Origin: Octopus vulgaris
Taxonomy: Eukaryota
Direction: 5' to 3'
Assembly (NCBI GenBank): GCA_951406725.2
Contig: OX597827.1
Span: forward strand, 10,106,001-10,170,000
Length of the DNA: 64,000 bases
Positions 41,032-54,013 of this stretch are shown piece by piece (the first letter of the stretch is position 1; every line of letters starts with the position of its first letter). The notes beneath the pieces are model-generated. The model worked only from the letters and a program-made list of their open reading frames with translations, had not been told where the DNA came from and did not search any database. Made by a program: the position numbers and the translations under genes.

Positions 41032-42405
41032 TGAGAACATGCATATATATATTGAGCACATGCATATATATATTGAGCACATGCATGTATATATTGAGCA
41101 CATGCATATATATATATATATATATTGAGCACATGCATATATATATTGAGCAAATGCATATATATATATATATTGAGCATATGCATATATATATTGAGCA
41201 CATGCATATATATATATTGAGCACATGCATATATATATTGAGCACATGCATATATATATATATTGAGTACATGCATATATATCTTGAGCACATGCATGTA
41301 TATATTGAGCATATGCATATATATATATATATATATATTGAGAACATGCATATATATATTGAGCACATGCATATATATATTGAGCACATGCATGTATATA
41401 TTGAGCACATGCATATATATATATATATATATATTGAGCACATGCATATATATATTGAGCACATACATATATATTGAGCACAAACATATATATATTGAGC
41501 ACACGCATATATATATTGAGCACATGAATATATATATTGAGCACATGCATATATATATTGAGTACATGCATATATATATATATTGAGAACATGTATATAT
41601 ATATTGAGCACATGCATGTATATATTGAGCATATGCATATATATATATATATATATATATATTGAGCACATGCATATATAAATTGAGCACATGCATATAT
41701 ATAATGAGCACATGCATATATATATATATTGAGAACATGCATATATATATTGAGCACATGCATGTATATATTGAGCACATGCATATATATATTGAGCACA
41801 TGCATTTATATTGAGCACACACACATATATATTTTGAGCACACGCATATATATATTGAGCACATGCATATATATTGAGCACATGCATATATATTGAGCAC
41901 ATGCATATATATATTGAGCACATGCATATATATTGAGCACATGCATATACATATATTGAGCACATGCATATATATATTGAGCACATGCATATATATATTG
42001 AGCACATGCATATATATATTGAGCACATGCATATATATATATTGAGCACCCACACATATATATTAAGCACACGCATATATATATTGAGCACATGCATATA
42101 TATTGAGCACATGCATATATATATATTGAGCACATGCATGTATATATTGAGCACATGCATATATATATATTGAGCACACGCATATATATATTGAGCACAC
42201 GCATATATATATTGAGCACATGTATATACATATTGAGCACATGCATGTATATGTTGCGCACATGCATATATATATTGATCACATGCATATATATATATAT
42301 TGAGCACATGCATATATATGTTGAGCACATGCATATATACATTGAGCACATGCATATATATATTGAGCACATGTATATACATATTGAGCACATACGCATA
42401 TATTG
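40617..42405. repeat. 1.8-kb compound minisatellite [TTGAGCACATGC(AT)n]
   Basis: Roughly 75-80 units (estimated from length) with a fixed core and variable (AT)n. Confidence 0.95.
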
Positions 42406-43058
42406 GTACATCTTTGGAGAGATCAGAGGTGGGTAATTGTGTAAATGACAAATTTTAAACACTGGTTGGTAATGTTGCATATATTTTGAAGCAAGACTTT
42501 CTACAAAGTAAACAAGGTTCTGTAATGTTCAATGATTTCTGAAAACAAATCTAGCGGTATTTGAGCACATAGATTAGAATGTAGCATCTTTACATACCAA
42601 CGTGTTAATAGTAGAATTTATTTAAGATTACCTTGTTCATCACTTACAGCTGAAAACCAGTTCCTGTTTGCCCTCTGATAAGTGTTTTTACCTCGTGATA
42701 TATCCTTTTCATTTATTGATTTAATTTCCAGTATCTTCGTCTGATGTACCTACTTTACAAGCAATCTATTTCTGTCTTCTAAAATGTCAAGTAACTCCTT
42801 GTAGTTAAAGGAAAGCAACATTCCATTGTGCATGTCCTCAAGAAATGTATTCTGAAAGTTGCTATTGAAATTACTACTTATATACCCTTCACATAAGCAG
42901 TTATACATGAGAATCTTTCTCAATAATATGTAACATTTTATTGAACATTCCTTTTTTTTTTTCAGCATTTTGTATATCTTGATTGCACAAATATTTCATT
43001 CTTTCTCTTGTCAATTGTCCATTAGTCTGGCTATCAACCAACTTCTCTGTTTACTTAC

Positions 43059-43106
43059 CTGTCCTGCTGCCATATGAGTGGTGCAGGGTGATTTTCAGTT
43101 CCTTCA
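43059..43106 (-). other. Candidate 48-nt exon
   Basis: Acceptor CTCTGCTCTCTTCTAG and consensus donor CAG|GTAAGT; no homology recognised. Confidence 0.35.
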
Positions 43107-43388
43107 CTAGAAGAGAGCAGAGTACAAGTGATGGGACACGGCAAACTGGCAGAAACGTTTGCACGCCGGGTGAAATGCGTAGCTGTATTTCGTCTGTCAC
43201 TACGTTCTGAGTTCAAATTCCACCAAGGTCGACTTTGCCTTTCATCCTTTCGGGGTCAATAAATTAAGTACCAGTTATGCACTTGAGTCGATATAATCGA
43301 CTTAATCCATTTGTCTGTCCTTGTTTGTCCTCTCTGTGTTTAGCCCCTTGTGGGTAGTAAAGAAATAGATATCAACCAACAACTGAGA

Positions 43389-43810
43389 TATTAATAACAT
43401 ACACAGACAGGCGCAGGAGTGGCTGTGTGGTAAGTTGCTTGTTTACCAACCACATGGTTCCAGGTTCTGTCCCACTATGTGGCATCTTGGGCAAGTGTCT
43501 TCTACTATAGCCTCTGGCCGACCAAAGCCTTGTGAGTGGATTTGGTAGACAGAAACTGAAAGAAGCCCATCGTATATATGTATATATATATATGTGTGTG
43601 TGTGTGTGTATCTGTGTTTGTCCCCCTAGCATTGCTTGACAACCGATGCTGGTGTGTTTATGTCCCCGTTTCTTAGTGGTTCGGCAAAAGAGACCGACAG
43701 AATAAGTACTGGGCTTACAAAATAATAAGTCCCGGGATCAAGTTGCTCGATTAAAGGCAGTGCTCCAGCATGGCCGCAGTCAAATGACTGAAATAAGTAA
43801 AAGAGTAAAA
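43389..43810 (+). mobile_element. Family B SINE
   Basis: Full-length match to the family. Confidence 0.85.
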
Positions 43811-44044
43811 AGAGAGAGAGACAGGGCCAATCATGGTAGTGGGACATAGAACTACCACTGAAGATGATATTTTATTTTTAATACATTTGTGGAAAGTCAG
43901 CTTGGTAGAGACTACCGCCATGGAAGATTTGAATTTTGCATCGCAAATCTGTAGTGTAGCTAATAGGAGAGCAAGGAGGGTGACCACTTCCCCTGAGCAC
44001 ATTTTTCAAAATTGGTGCCTTTTTAACATTTGCTTTAAACTCCT

Positions 44045-44248
44045 TACTCTTTTACTTGTTTCAGTCAAATGACTGCGGCCATGCTGGAGCACCGCCTTTA
44101 ATCGAGCAAATCGACCCCGGGACTTATTCTTTTGTAAGCCCAGTACTTATTCTATCGGTCTCTTTTGCCGAACCGCTAAGTGACGGGGACATAAATACAC
44201 CAGCATCAGTTGTCAAGCAATGCTAGGGGGACAAACACAGACACACAA

Positions 44249-44279
<31 letters not shown>

Positions 44280-44451
44280 CATATATACGACAGGCTTCTT
44301 TCAGTTTCCGTTTACCAAATCCACTCACAAGGCATTGGTCGGCCCGGGGCTATAGCAGAAGACACTTGCCCAAGATGCCACGCAGTGGGACTGAACCCGG
44401 AACCATGTGGTTGGTTAGCAAGCTACTTACCACACAGCCACCCCTGCGCCT
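44045..44451 (-). mobile_element. Family B SINE
   Basis: Full length, inverted relative to 43389-43810. Confidence 0.85.
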
Positions 44452-44786
44452 AGTTCACTTGTATGATAAAATTTGAATCACATTTTTTTTTATTGTTAAT
44501 CACATGACCTTGTGGCTTTGGGTAAGCATTGCCAGAGACATAACTTTATTTGACAAGCTTCCTGTGTTTTTGAACTATCTGCTCAATCACCTGTGATGTG
44601 TCAGTCACCACTGACACAACCTTTTGACACTGGACAATTCAGTGGAGCTTCATATTTTTCATGACACACCTTTATCAGTAGTTGTCAGTTTCATACATAA
44701 TGACATTGTTACTGAAACATGAAATTAATGAATGTAGAATACAATTTTGTATATTGTAACTAATGAAATATATTGTGTAATATAAG

Positions 44787-45520
44787 GGAAATGCTTAGCG
44801 GTATTTTATCTGCCGTTACGTTCTGAGTTCAAATTCCGCTGAGGTCGACTTTACCTTTCATCCTTTCGGGGGCGAATAAATTAAGTACCAGTTACGCACT
44901 GGAGTCGATGTAATCGACTTAATACCTATGTCTGTCCTTGTTTGTCCCCTCTATGTTTAGCCCCTTGTGGGTAGTAAAGAAATAGGTATTTCATCTGCCA
45001 CTACGTTCTGAGTTCAAATTCCACCGAGATCGACTTCGCCTTTCATTCATTTGGGAGTCAATTAAATAAGTACCAGTTATGCACTGGGGCCGATATAATC
45101 AATTTAATTCCATTGTCCGTCCTTGTTTGTCCCCCCTGTGTGTAGCCCCTTGTGGACTGTAAAGAAATAAGAAACTTTAGCATGCTGGGCGAAATGCTTA
45201 GCAGTATTTCATCTCTCTTTATGTACTAAGTTCAAATTCCACCGAGGTTGACTTTGCTTTCATCCTTTCGGGGTCGATAAATTGAGTACTTGTCCCAGCT
45301 CAAAAGATATGCCCCTTAGCTGTTCAACTTCCACAGCAGTGGCTGAAGTGCCAATACATACAGAGGATGGACTGAGTGTGTGATGCCAAATGGTTCTGAA
45401 AGGTGGCCATTTACTTTGACCACTGAACAGGTCCTGCTGTACATTGCAGTGATCCAGCCTCTGAAAACAGGTCTGGCCCCTCCCCGCAAAATTTGGAGCC
45501 TTGTGCCTAGAGTAGAAAAG
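44787..45520 (+). mobile_element. Family C SINE tandem trimer; last unit interrupted at about 45291-45474
   Basis: Three successive bodies; the 3' tail resumes after an unrelated insert. Confidence 0.75.
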
Positions 45521-45850
45521 AAAAGAATATTTGGTAATTGTGCACTTTGGATTTTTCCAATTCATGTTGTACTCAGTAACATCATCAGAATCTTTAATAC
45601 AACTTGTTATTAAATCCACAGTGATTGCCCATATTAGTTATATTCTCTTATTCGTTATTCTTATACAATATATCTGTGTATTTAATATTTATTTTATAAC
45701 GTTTTATAAAATATATGTAATGCTAAGGGAAGTAACTCAAATAGTAAGACAGTTGGTTATTATGGTAGTGGTGGCAGAGATGACAGCAGTAACTATAAAG
45801 TCAGAAACGGTGTAGGAAGAAAGATACAGGAAGAGAGGGAAAGAGAGAGA

Positions 45851-45892
<42 letters not shown>

Positions 45893-48729
45893 GACTGACA
45901 GACAAAAAGACAAACAGATAGATGTGCAGAGGATTCTGAGAAGTGAAAGGCTGTGTGATATCACTGCATCTTTAGTCACCTTATTTTCTCACTGCCTCTG
46001 TCTGTCTGTCTGTCTGCCTGCCTGTCTCCCTCACACACACACACACACACACTCTCTCTCTCTCTGTGTTTGAAGTGCTTTTGAAGCATATACTAATATA
46101 TAAAATAATGGTATCTTTATTTGAAAGTGTTTTTTTTTAACAAGAATGGAAATCTAAAATCTTTTGTATGTATGTACGTGTGTATGTATGTATGTATGTA
46201 TGTATGTATGTGTGTGTGCGTGCATGTATGTATGTATGTATGTATGTATGCATGCATGTATGTATGTATATATGTATGTATGCATGTATGTATGTATGTA
46301 TGTATATATGTATGTATTTATCTATGTATGTATGTATGCATGCATGTATGTATGTATGCATGTGTGTGTGTGTGCATGTGTGTATGTATGTGTGTGTGTG
46401 TGTGCATGTGTGTATGTATATATGTATGTATGTATGTATTTATGTATGAATGTATGTATGTATGTATGTATTGATCTATTGTCTATCTTCCACTTAAAAT
46501 GAACAATATTATCATTAAAGGGATGAAACTGTAAAGAGTTTTGGGACAATAACTGATGAAGAATGAGCAATGTCCTTGACTCACGTGGGAACTTTCTCTT
46601 TGTTCTTTTGTTATGTTTCTGTTTAATTTTTGGAGCTTTGATGTGTGTATGTGTGTGTGTGTTTGTGTGTGTGTGTGCGTGTGTGTGTGTGTGTACATAC
46701 GTACATATATTTGAAAACTAAATGAAACTTAAGGTAAAATTAAGTATGTAGTTATGTTTAAGCATATTCATAAATCTCATAAGTAATTATTGGAATTATC
46801 TACTATAATAATACTCTTGTGTTTTTCTCTGTCACAACATATGAATGAGAAAGGAAGGAGTGATAGATGAATAAGGAAGGAAGGAGTGATGGAAAACTTG
46901 GTAGTGGGATGATGGAAATTCTACAGTGAAAAAAAAATCAGATAGTGTTTCAACTCTGTATGAGTATATGTAAAACGGAGGTATGTGAATGTTTGTTTGT
47001 TTGTGTGTGTGTGTGTGTGCAATGGAAATGGGATCATAAACATTCAACACTGGAAAGAAAAATCAAACAGCGTTTCAACTCTGTGTGAGCATATGTGTGT
47101 ATGCGTGTGTGTGTGTGTGTGTGTACAAGGGAAGTAAGTGAATGTATGTATGAACCAATGTTCTTACTGTAACAAACAATGATCAGTGTCACATCTCAAA
47201 TGACAACCACTAGAAAACATTGACAAGTGTATTAATTTTATTTATCATCCATATTCTGTCTGTTTCATTAAAAATAATTCTTACAATCACACACAAACCT
47301 ACACAAACTCATTAGCGAAAATAATTATTGACTGAGTATATCAAGAATATAAAACGACTGCAGTTGAAAGGTATATCATAAATTTGGTAATAAAAGAATT
47401 ATTAAATTAAAAACTTGGTTTTGTACCTAATTTATATATTATGGGAAGGTCATTAAGCCAGTAATAGTTCTTTCTACTATAGGCACATGGCCTGAAATTT
47501 GGTGGGAAGGGCGAGTTGATTACATAGGCTCTAGTGCTCAACTGGTACTTATTTTATCAACCCCAAATGGATGAAAGGTAAAGTCAACCTTGCCAGAATT
47601 TCAACTCAATGTAAAAATGGATAAAATGACTCTAAGCATTTTGTGCAGCGCACTATCGATTCTGCTGGCTTACCAACTTAACTAAGCCAATTATAAGAAA
47701 CACATGCACTGGCTCAATTTCACTTCTTTATGGTTAGTCAATTGGTTAGTTATTTAACCAACCAACACATTGATCATTTGTTTAATCTGTTGGTTAAACA
47801 ATCATAGATACAACAATAATTGTTTCAAAGAACAAGTTCACATCAAGAATCTTGCAAGCCAAATGCAAAAGCGAAATATTATGGATAGTTTGTTTTCAGT
47901 TCTGTTCAATAGTTAAGATTGCTTATTTCTTAGCATTGTTGAAGAGGTGACAAAAGCTATGACTTTCAGCTTTCAGAAATATTATCCTTTTCCCTGAGTG
48001 GACTTTTGCACCATTTAAAAAAATCAAATGTTTCAAACAAGATATATTTGAAAAAAAAAAAAAATTATATCATTCTTATATCCTATCATCATACCCCACT
48101 TACTATCTCTATATCTCCCCCTCTCCACTCCTCTTTCACCTTGTACATCATCCATTTGGTTTATTCTTCGTCATGAGCCACCCCTATATCTCTCATCTTA
48201 CCCATCTCCATTCTGAGATTTCCCTTTGACCGTACCTCCACCTTTGCTTGTCACTCACTATATTCACCTCTATCTCATCTTTAATTACCCGCTGTTCCCC
48301 CATCACCCTCTTATGAAAGTATTTACTCTCTCACCCTCTCCCATAATCTATTTCTTTACTACCCACAAGGGGCTAAACACTGAGGGATCAAACAAGGACA
48401 GACAAACGGATTAAGTCGACTCCCATAGCCAACTGTTTGTATCCTCTCTTATGCTCACTCTCTTGTACCTTGAGAGTTTGCTCTCACATCCTATCACTAC
48501 CTTTCTTTTGTCTCCTGCAGCTAGGTATTCCCTCAACAGCAAGACACCAGTTCTTTTTCTGTCTGGAAACCATTCAAGTGCCAGTGGAATTTTAAAAAAA
48601 AGCACCCTGTAAAATCTGCAAAAATGTTGGTAATGGGAAAAGCATAATTTGTAGGTAAATCCACAATAGTAGGACAAGATGAAACTAATTTGGTACTTTA
48701 TTTAGCAAAATAAAATGGAACAAATGCAA

Positions 48730-49620
48730 TTGAAAGGTGAAAAAATAGATTTTTACATTCATTTAGATTCAGCACCTGAAAATCCCTTCTTCTTTTACTT
48801 GGAAACTACACCTGAACTTTTGCACTGGTGAGAAATTCATGGGCATTCACAATGTGACATACAGTAGTAGTTGCCCATCATACTGACATTCCATCTTCTC
48901 TGATATCTTCTTTCCATCTCCTTTACATATTGACGAAGCCTTTCCCCATGCTCCTCATTTATGTTACTTAGATTTTTCGGGAAGAAATCCGAGCGAGGAA
49001 ATGAACTAATGAACTACAATGCTCATTTTATACCCTAAGGCCTTGAACTTTTCTAGCATTCTTCCCACAATGTCTTAGTTGTTTGGACCCTCACTCCTTG
49101 AAAACTAATCCATGTATCATTTTCAAAATCACTTAGAGAGTTTCCAGAATTTTTATCCTTGACATGTTTCCTTATATCAGGTCCTACAAATACACCCTCT
49201 TCAACCTTGGCATCTGATAGAGCAGGAAATTTACAATGCAAATACTTGAAGTCCTCTTCATCCTGTGGTAAAGCCTTTATGAATTGCTTCATGAGGCCAA
49301 GTTTTATATGTACAGGAGGCAGAAGAACCCTTTTTGAATCATGCAAACTTTCTCGAAGGGTACCTCGTTTCTGATGTAAGTGCCTCCCATTCTTTTTTAA
49401 ACCAACGAGGGTATCTGGCTTACTGTTCCATTCACACAAGAAACAAAGAAACTCTCTGTAGCTTGAATGTTGTCCAAGCAATATGCAAATTATTTTCAAG
49501 TTGCTGCAATTCATCCAGTTGTGATCTTTAAATTTTATCTTGAATAAGTGTGACACCAAATTTTCTTGTTTACCTTATTATCACTGAGTGTCCAACAAGA
49601 ATAGAAGCAAATTTATGCAT
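48730..49620 (-). pseudogene. DNA transposase remnant, probably Chapaev3-like (CMC)
   Basis: Translates to CFLCEWNS, VLLPPVHIKLGLMKQFIKAL, KFPALSDAKVEEGVFVGPDIR and, after frameshifts, FFPKNLSNINEEHGER...RYQRRWNVSMM. Family assignment is from memory. Confidence 0.75.
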
Positions 49621-50160
49621 ACTTTTCCTTCATTGGACACTAAACTCTGCTTGCGAAGACCTGTTGAGGCAAGTGAAATCGAAAGTGAAATAAAATTCGA
49701 TGACTGGCATCCATGCTAGTGGAGTGCTAAGAGTACCATATGAGTGTGATCGTTGCCAGAGCAGCTGACTGGCTTCCATGCCGGTGGCACATAAAAAGCA
49801 ACATTCGGGTGTGATTGTTACCAGCGTCAACTTTCAGGCACTTGTGCCAGTGGCATGTGAAAAAGACATTCGAGCGAGATCGTTGCCAGTGTCGCTGGAC
49901 TGGCTCCTGTGCAGGTGGCATGTAAAAAACACCATTTGAGTGTGGCCGTTGCCAGTACCGTCTGACTGGCCCTCATGCCGGTGGCATGTAAAAGCACCAA
50001 CTACACTCTGGGAGTGGTTGGTGTTAGGAAGGGCATCCAGCTGTAGAAACTCTGCCAGATCAAGATTGGAGCCTGGTGCAGCCATTTGGTTCACCAGTCC
50101 TCAGTTAAACCGTCCAACCCATGCTAGCATGTAAAGCAAACGTTAAACAATGATGATGAC

Positions 50161-50192
<32 letters not shown>
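49620..50192 (+). mobile_element. RTE-type LINE 3' end abutting the transposase remnant
   Basis: Shared 3'UTR sub-repeats and (GAT)n tail. Confidence 0.8.
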
Positions 50193-50195
<3 letters not shown>

Positions 50196-50421
50196 ATTAC
50201 CCTCATGCAAATTTGGTAATATTTATCTGATGTTTCTTAGTCATATCCTTACCACAAATGTAAAAATCAAATGTTATCTGGGCTTTCTGCACTTCCTCAA
50301 AAGCAGCATTTTTCAGACTGTGGGCCCTGACACTTCAGTGGGTTGCAAGATAAATAAAACGGGTCATGATAAAAAAAAGAAGGAAAGAAAAGATGCAAGT
50401 GGCTGCAAAGTGCAGAATATC

Positions 50422-50509
50422 CAGTGTTTTTCAACCTGTAGGTCCCAACCATTCAGTGGGTTGTGAGATAAATAAAATGGATCGCAACAAAAAAGTTTGA
50501 AAAACGCTG
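50422..50509. mobile_element. Short hAT/Charlie-like MITE
   Basis: Inverted termini CAGTGTTTTTCAA...TTGAAAAACGCTG; a partial older copy lies at about 50304-50370. Confidence 0.55.
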
Positions 50510-51033
50510 CTCTAGTAGACATCTTTGCTTCAAATGATGTAGAGGTCTGTAAGAAATGGGGAAGGGGGACATTTTTAACAGCATATATATTTCTTTATTA
50601 CCCACAAGGGGCTAAACACAGAGGGGACAAACAAGGACAGACAAAGGGATTAAGTCGATTACATCGACCCCAGTGCATAACTGGTACTTAATTTATCGAG
50701 CCTGAAAGGATGAAAGGCAAACTCGACCTTAGCGGAACAGCATATATTTGACTTACCATTTAAATGTATATATAATATCATTAAAGAAGCATTGAAATGT
50801 AACATGTGATACAATTAAACAATGTATGTAGCATACATATACTGAAAATAGGGATGAGGAATAACTGAAATTTTAAAAATGTACATTTTAACCTGAGTGT
50901 TGTGACCTTGTAAAGTGTATCTTTCTCTCTTCACTGCTTGTGACCAACTAAAGCTAAAGTACTGCAGGCCCCTTTCTGTGTAGCTGAAGCCATTTTGCTA
51001 TCACCAGATGCTTATTTTTCAGAATTATGCTTA

Positions 51034-51393
51034 TCTCTCTCTATATAAACGGCAGTTTGTCTGTGTGTCTGTTAGGTTGTACCCTCACCCTGACCACGGC
51101 TTTCAACCGATTCTGATGAAACTTGACACACACATAGCCCAATGTCATAATTCAAAACTAACGCAGCGAAAATTTTGAAAAGTTACCCCAGTTCTGAAAA
51201 AAATCGATAAATTCGACATGGGGTCGAGAATCAGAAACACAAACCACAGACTGTCTAGGGGACGCAACTCGACCTTTTTAACTCTCAAAAAAATTTACCA
51301 TCATTTTTTTCCCATTTTTTGGCTATAACTCTCTAAAAATGCTTTATAGTTATTTCCCTTACAAACCCGAGCAACGCCGGGCGATACTGTTAT
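51034..51393 (+). mobile_element. Non-autonomous Helitron (variant 5' part)
   Basis: 3' ~110 bp including the hairpin is shared with the other two copies; starts TCTCTCTCTATATAAACG. Confidence 0.7.
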
Positions 51394-52169
51394 TTGTTAT
51401 ACAGTCATAGTCTGTTTAAGTACTGCAGTTAATAGTAATAATAAAAGACAATAGTTAAATTCAGGCATAAGTGTAAAATGCCATGATCGATTTTGTGAAG
51501 AAACTGTACATTATAGGACAATTTCTTTGTAATTTTTGAAATCGGCGAGTAAAAATTGATCAATTTTAACAAATAGATGTGAAACAAGTTTTATGTCACA
51601 GGCCTGTGTTACCCATTTAATTTCCACACAAAATCTACCTCTAAGGTTATCTAAAATCTAAACATCAAATGTGAAGGGAGGTAACTCCAATTAGATCAGT
51701 TGAGTGAAACTTTTTGAAGAGTGTAGGCAGTATAGCTTGGAATGGATTAAACAGTTATACTTGGTTTGAGTGGTAGGATAAATCTAAATTCATTAATCCT
51801 CTTCATCATCACATTATCATCCTTATCACTTGTTATCACTTTAGTCACTACTAACATCATCACCAAGAGCTAGGATAACAAACTTTTATGTGGTCACTTG
51901 AGCTACTAAAAATAACAGCTACATCTCTCACTGGTAAAAAAATAGGTAAGGATGTAATGGAAATTGTAGTCTAATTTGCGGCAATTTCTACAATGATGGG
52001 ACGGTCATTGCTGGAATGCATTTTATCATAGGCTTGTTCAATCAGGGTTAGCCTAAAGCTAAACCACCAGCACCACCACTCTACCACTATCACTATCCCC
52101 ACTTCCCTCCACTTCTCTTCCAGTAAAGTCACCCATTTTTAAAACTACTTTCTTCTACATAATTTCCAG

Positions 52170-52295
52170 GGTAAAACAAGCTTAATGTATCTTTTGCTTC
52201 TCTTTTTGCATCTTGTTCCAGCATCATCAATCTTGGTGGCCTTTTATGCCAAAATCCATCCTGACCGTTTCTTCAAGCCATATTATGGTGTATGA
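52170..52295 (+). CDS. Candidate terminal coding exon with a hydrophobic segment, product unknown
   Basis: TTTCCAG acceptor, then GKTSLMYLLLLFLHLVPASSILVAFYAKIHPDRFFKPYYGV*. No homology recognised. Confidence 0.2.
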   Translation, partial: GKTSLMYLLLLFLHLVPASSILVAFYAKIHPDRFFKPYYGV

Positions 52296-52298
52296 AGA

Positions 52299-52365
52299 GC
52301 GACTGAAGGTAGCATGCGACTGAAGGTAGCATGCGACTGAAGGTAGCATGCGACTGAAGGTAGCA
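52299..52365. repeat. 17-bp tandem repeat GCGACTGAAGGTAGCAT x4
   Basis: Directly visible; units identical except the last base of the fourth. Confidence 0.95.
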
Positions 52366-53387
52366 CACCATATTAAAATGTAATATGTTTATTTAGCTTG
52401 GAAAATAAAATCATTTAGCTTATCATCGAACATTCTGATAAAATCTAACCAAATTAGACATAGGACTTAATTTCTAATCCTCCATGGAATGGATGAAGTA
52501 GATATTCCAGCTGTCTTGCCTTGTATGGAGCCATTATAGTTTCTAAGGTGTAAACATTACTTGTGCTAGGTTTCAAAAGTATTCTTGTATAAAAAAAGGC
52601 TCAGCTTTAGAAATGGCCTTTCTCAAGATCTTGAGGCTGTAAACCATTTGCTTTTAATGTAACCTATATAACCTTCAGCTTTAATTAATTTGTGACTGAA
52701 TTCATAATAATTTAATTACAGTGTCATCCTCAATGAAGGACTAAGTGTTATTTTTGTTACAGTTCAGTTGTAACTAATGATTAATTATCCTGGCTCAGCT
52801 ATGGTTCTTTTAAACCCATGTTCAAGTTGAATTAAATAGAGTCAAAGTTCAACTGAGGCGAACTCACAACTTTGTCTCTACTCTGAGAATACTTCAAGGA
52901 ATATACTTTATACTTCTTTTCTTCTTTATATAGATATGTATAAGATCTTACACTATTGAAATTTCACAAAGGAATTACTTCAGAAACCAGAAAAAAAAAA
53001 AAAATTCTGCGAACCCAAAGAATAAACGATGTTACATTTCTTATCTACTGTGTTTTGTATAACTGATTACCTGTGTACAATTGATTGCATTGATCAGGCA
53101 TAAGCAGAGGTATACTTCAATTACGTATAAACTATCCGAAAAATTCCAGGATCTAATTTAGAGGTCCTGAAATGGTATACAATATGCTTAGGTAAAGAAA
53201 TCTTTGTCCAAGAACAGATACAATGAGTCACTGAATATAATAATTACATTGAGTTGATTATTGCTGTTGCTAGCTTCTAAGATCAATGGTGCTCTAGCCA
53301 TGACCATCTCATCTTATTTTCAGACACTGCATATCTCGGAAAACCTTATCTGATGTGCACATTTTTTATTTGTTAGTCAGATGTGAT

Positions 53388-54013
53388 TTAACTCTTTAAT
53401 ATTCAGATTGATCTGTCAAATGCAATTCTTATTTATTGATATCATTTTGAATTAATCATGCTTTGTCACAAGATTTCAATGATGAAATTGTTTCTTTTTA
53501 GAATGACATTATAAGGCATAGGTACAGGAGTGGCTGTGTGGTAAGTAGCTTGCTTACCAACCACATGGTTCTGGGTTCCGCCCCACTGCGTGGCATCTTG
53601 GGCAAGTGTCTTCTACTATAGCCTTGGGCCGGCCAAAGCCTTGTGAGTGGATTTGATAGATGGAAACTGAAAGAAGCCCGTATTATATATGTATATATAT
53701 ATATATGTATATATATGTATGTGTGTGTGTATATTTCTGTGTCTGTGTTTGTCCTCTCAACATTGCTTGACACCGATGCTGGTGTGTTTACGTCCCTGTA
53801 ACTTAGTGGTTTGGTAAAAGAGACCGATAGAATAAGCACTAGAATAAGTCCTGGGGTCGATTTGCTCGACTAAAAGCGGTGCTCCAGCATGGCCACGGTC
53901 AAATGACTGAAACAAGTAAAAGAGTATGTGTGAGGTCATATCTGTTCCATTTTAACATAAAACCGGTAGAATATTTTCACCAGACATGGCTAGTTTAAAT
54001 GCTGAAGGGTTAA
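53388..54013. mobile_element. piggyBac-like MITE interrupted by a family B SINE
   Basis: TTAACTCTTT...GAAGGGTTAA ends; reverse homology to 19995-20766. Confidence 0.6.

Noticed and set aside
40502-42480. Long ORFs of 649, 493 and 373 aa
   Set aside because: They are translations of the minisatellite, open in several frames because the repeat lacks stops; no domain is evident.
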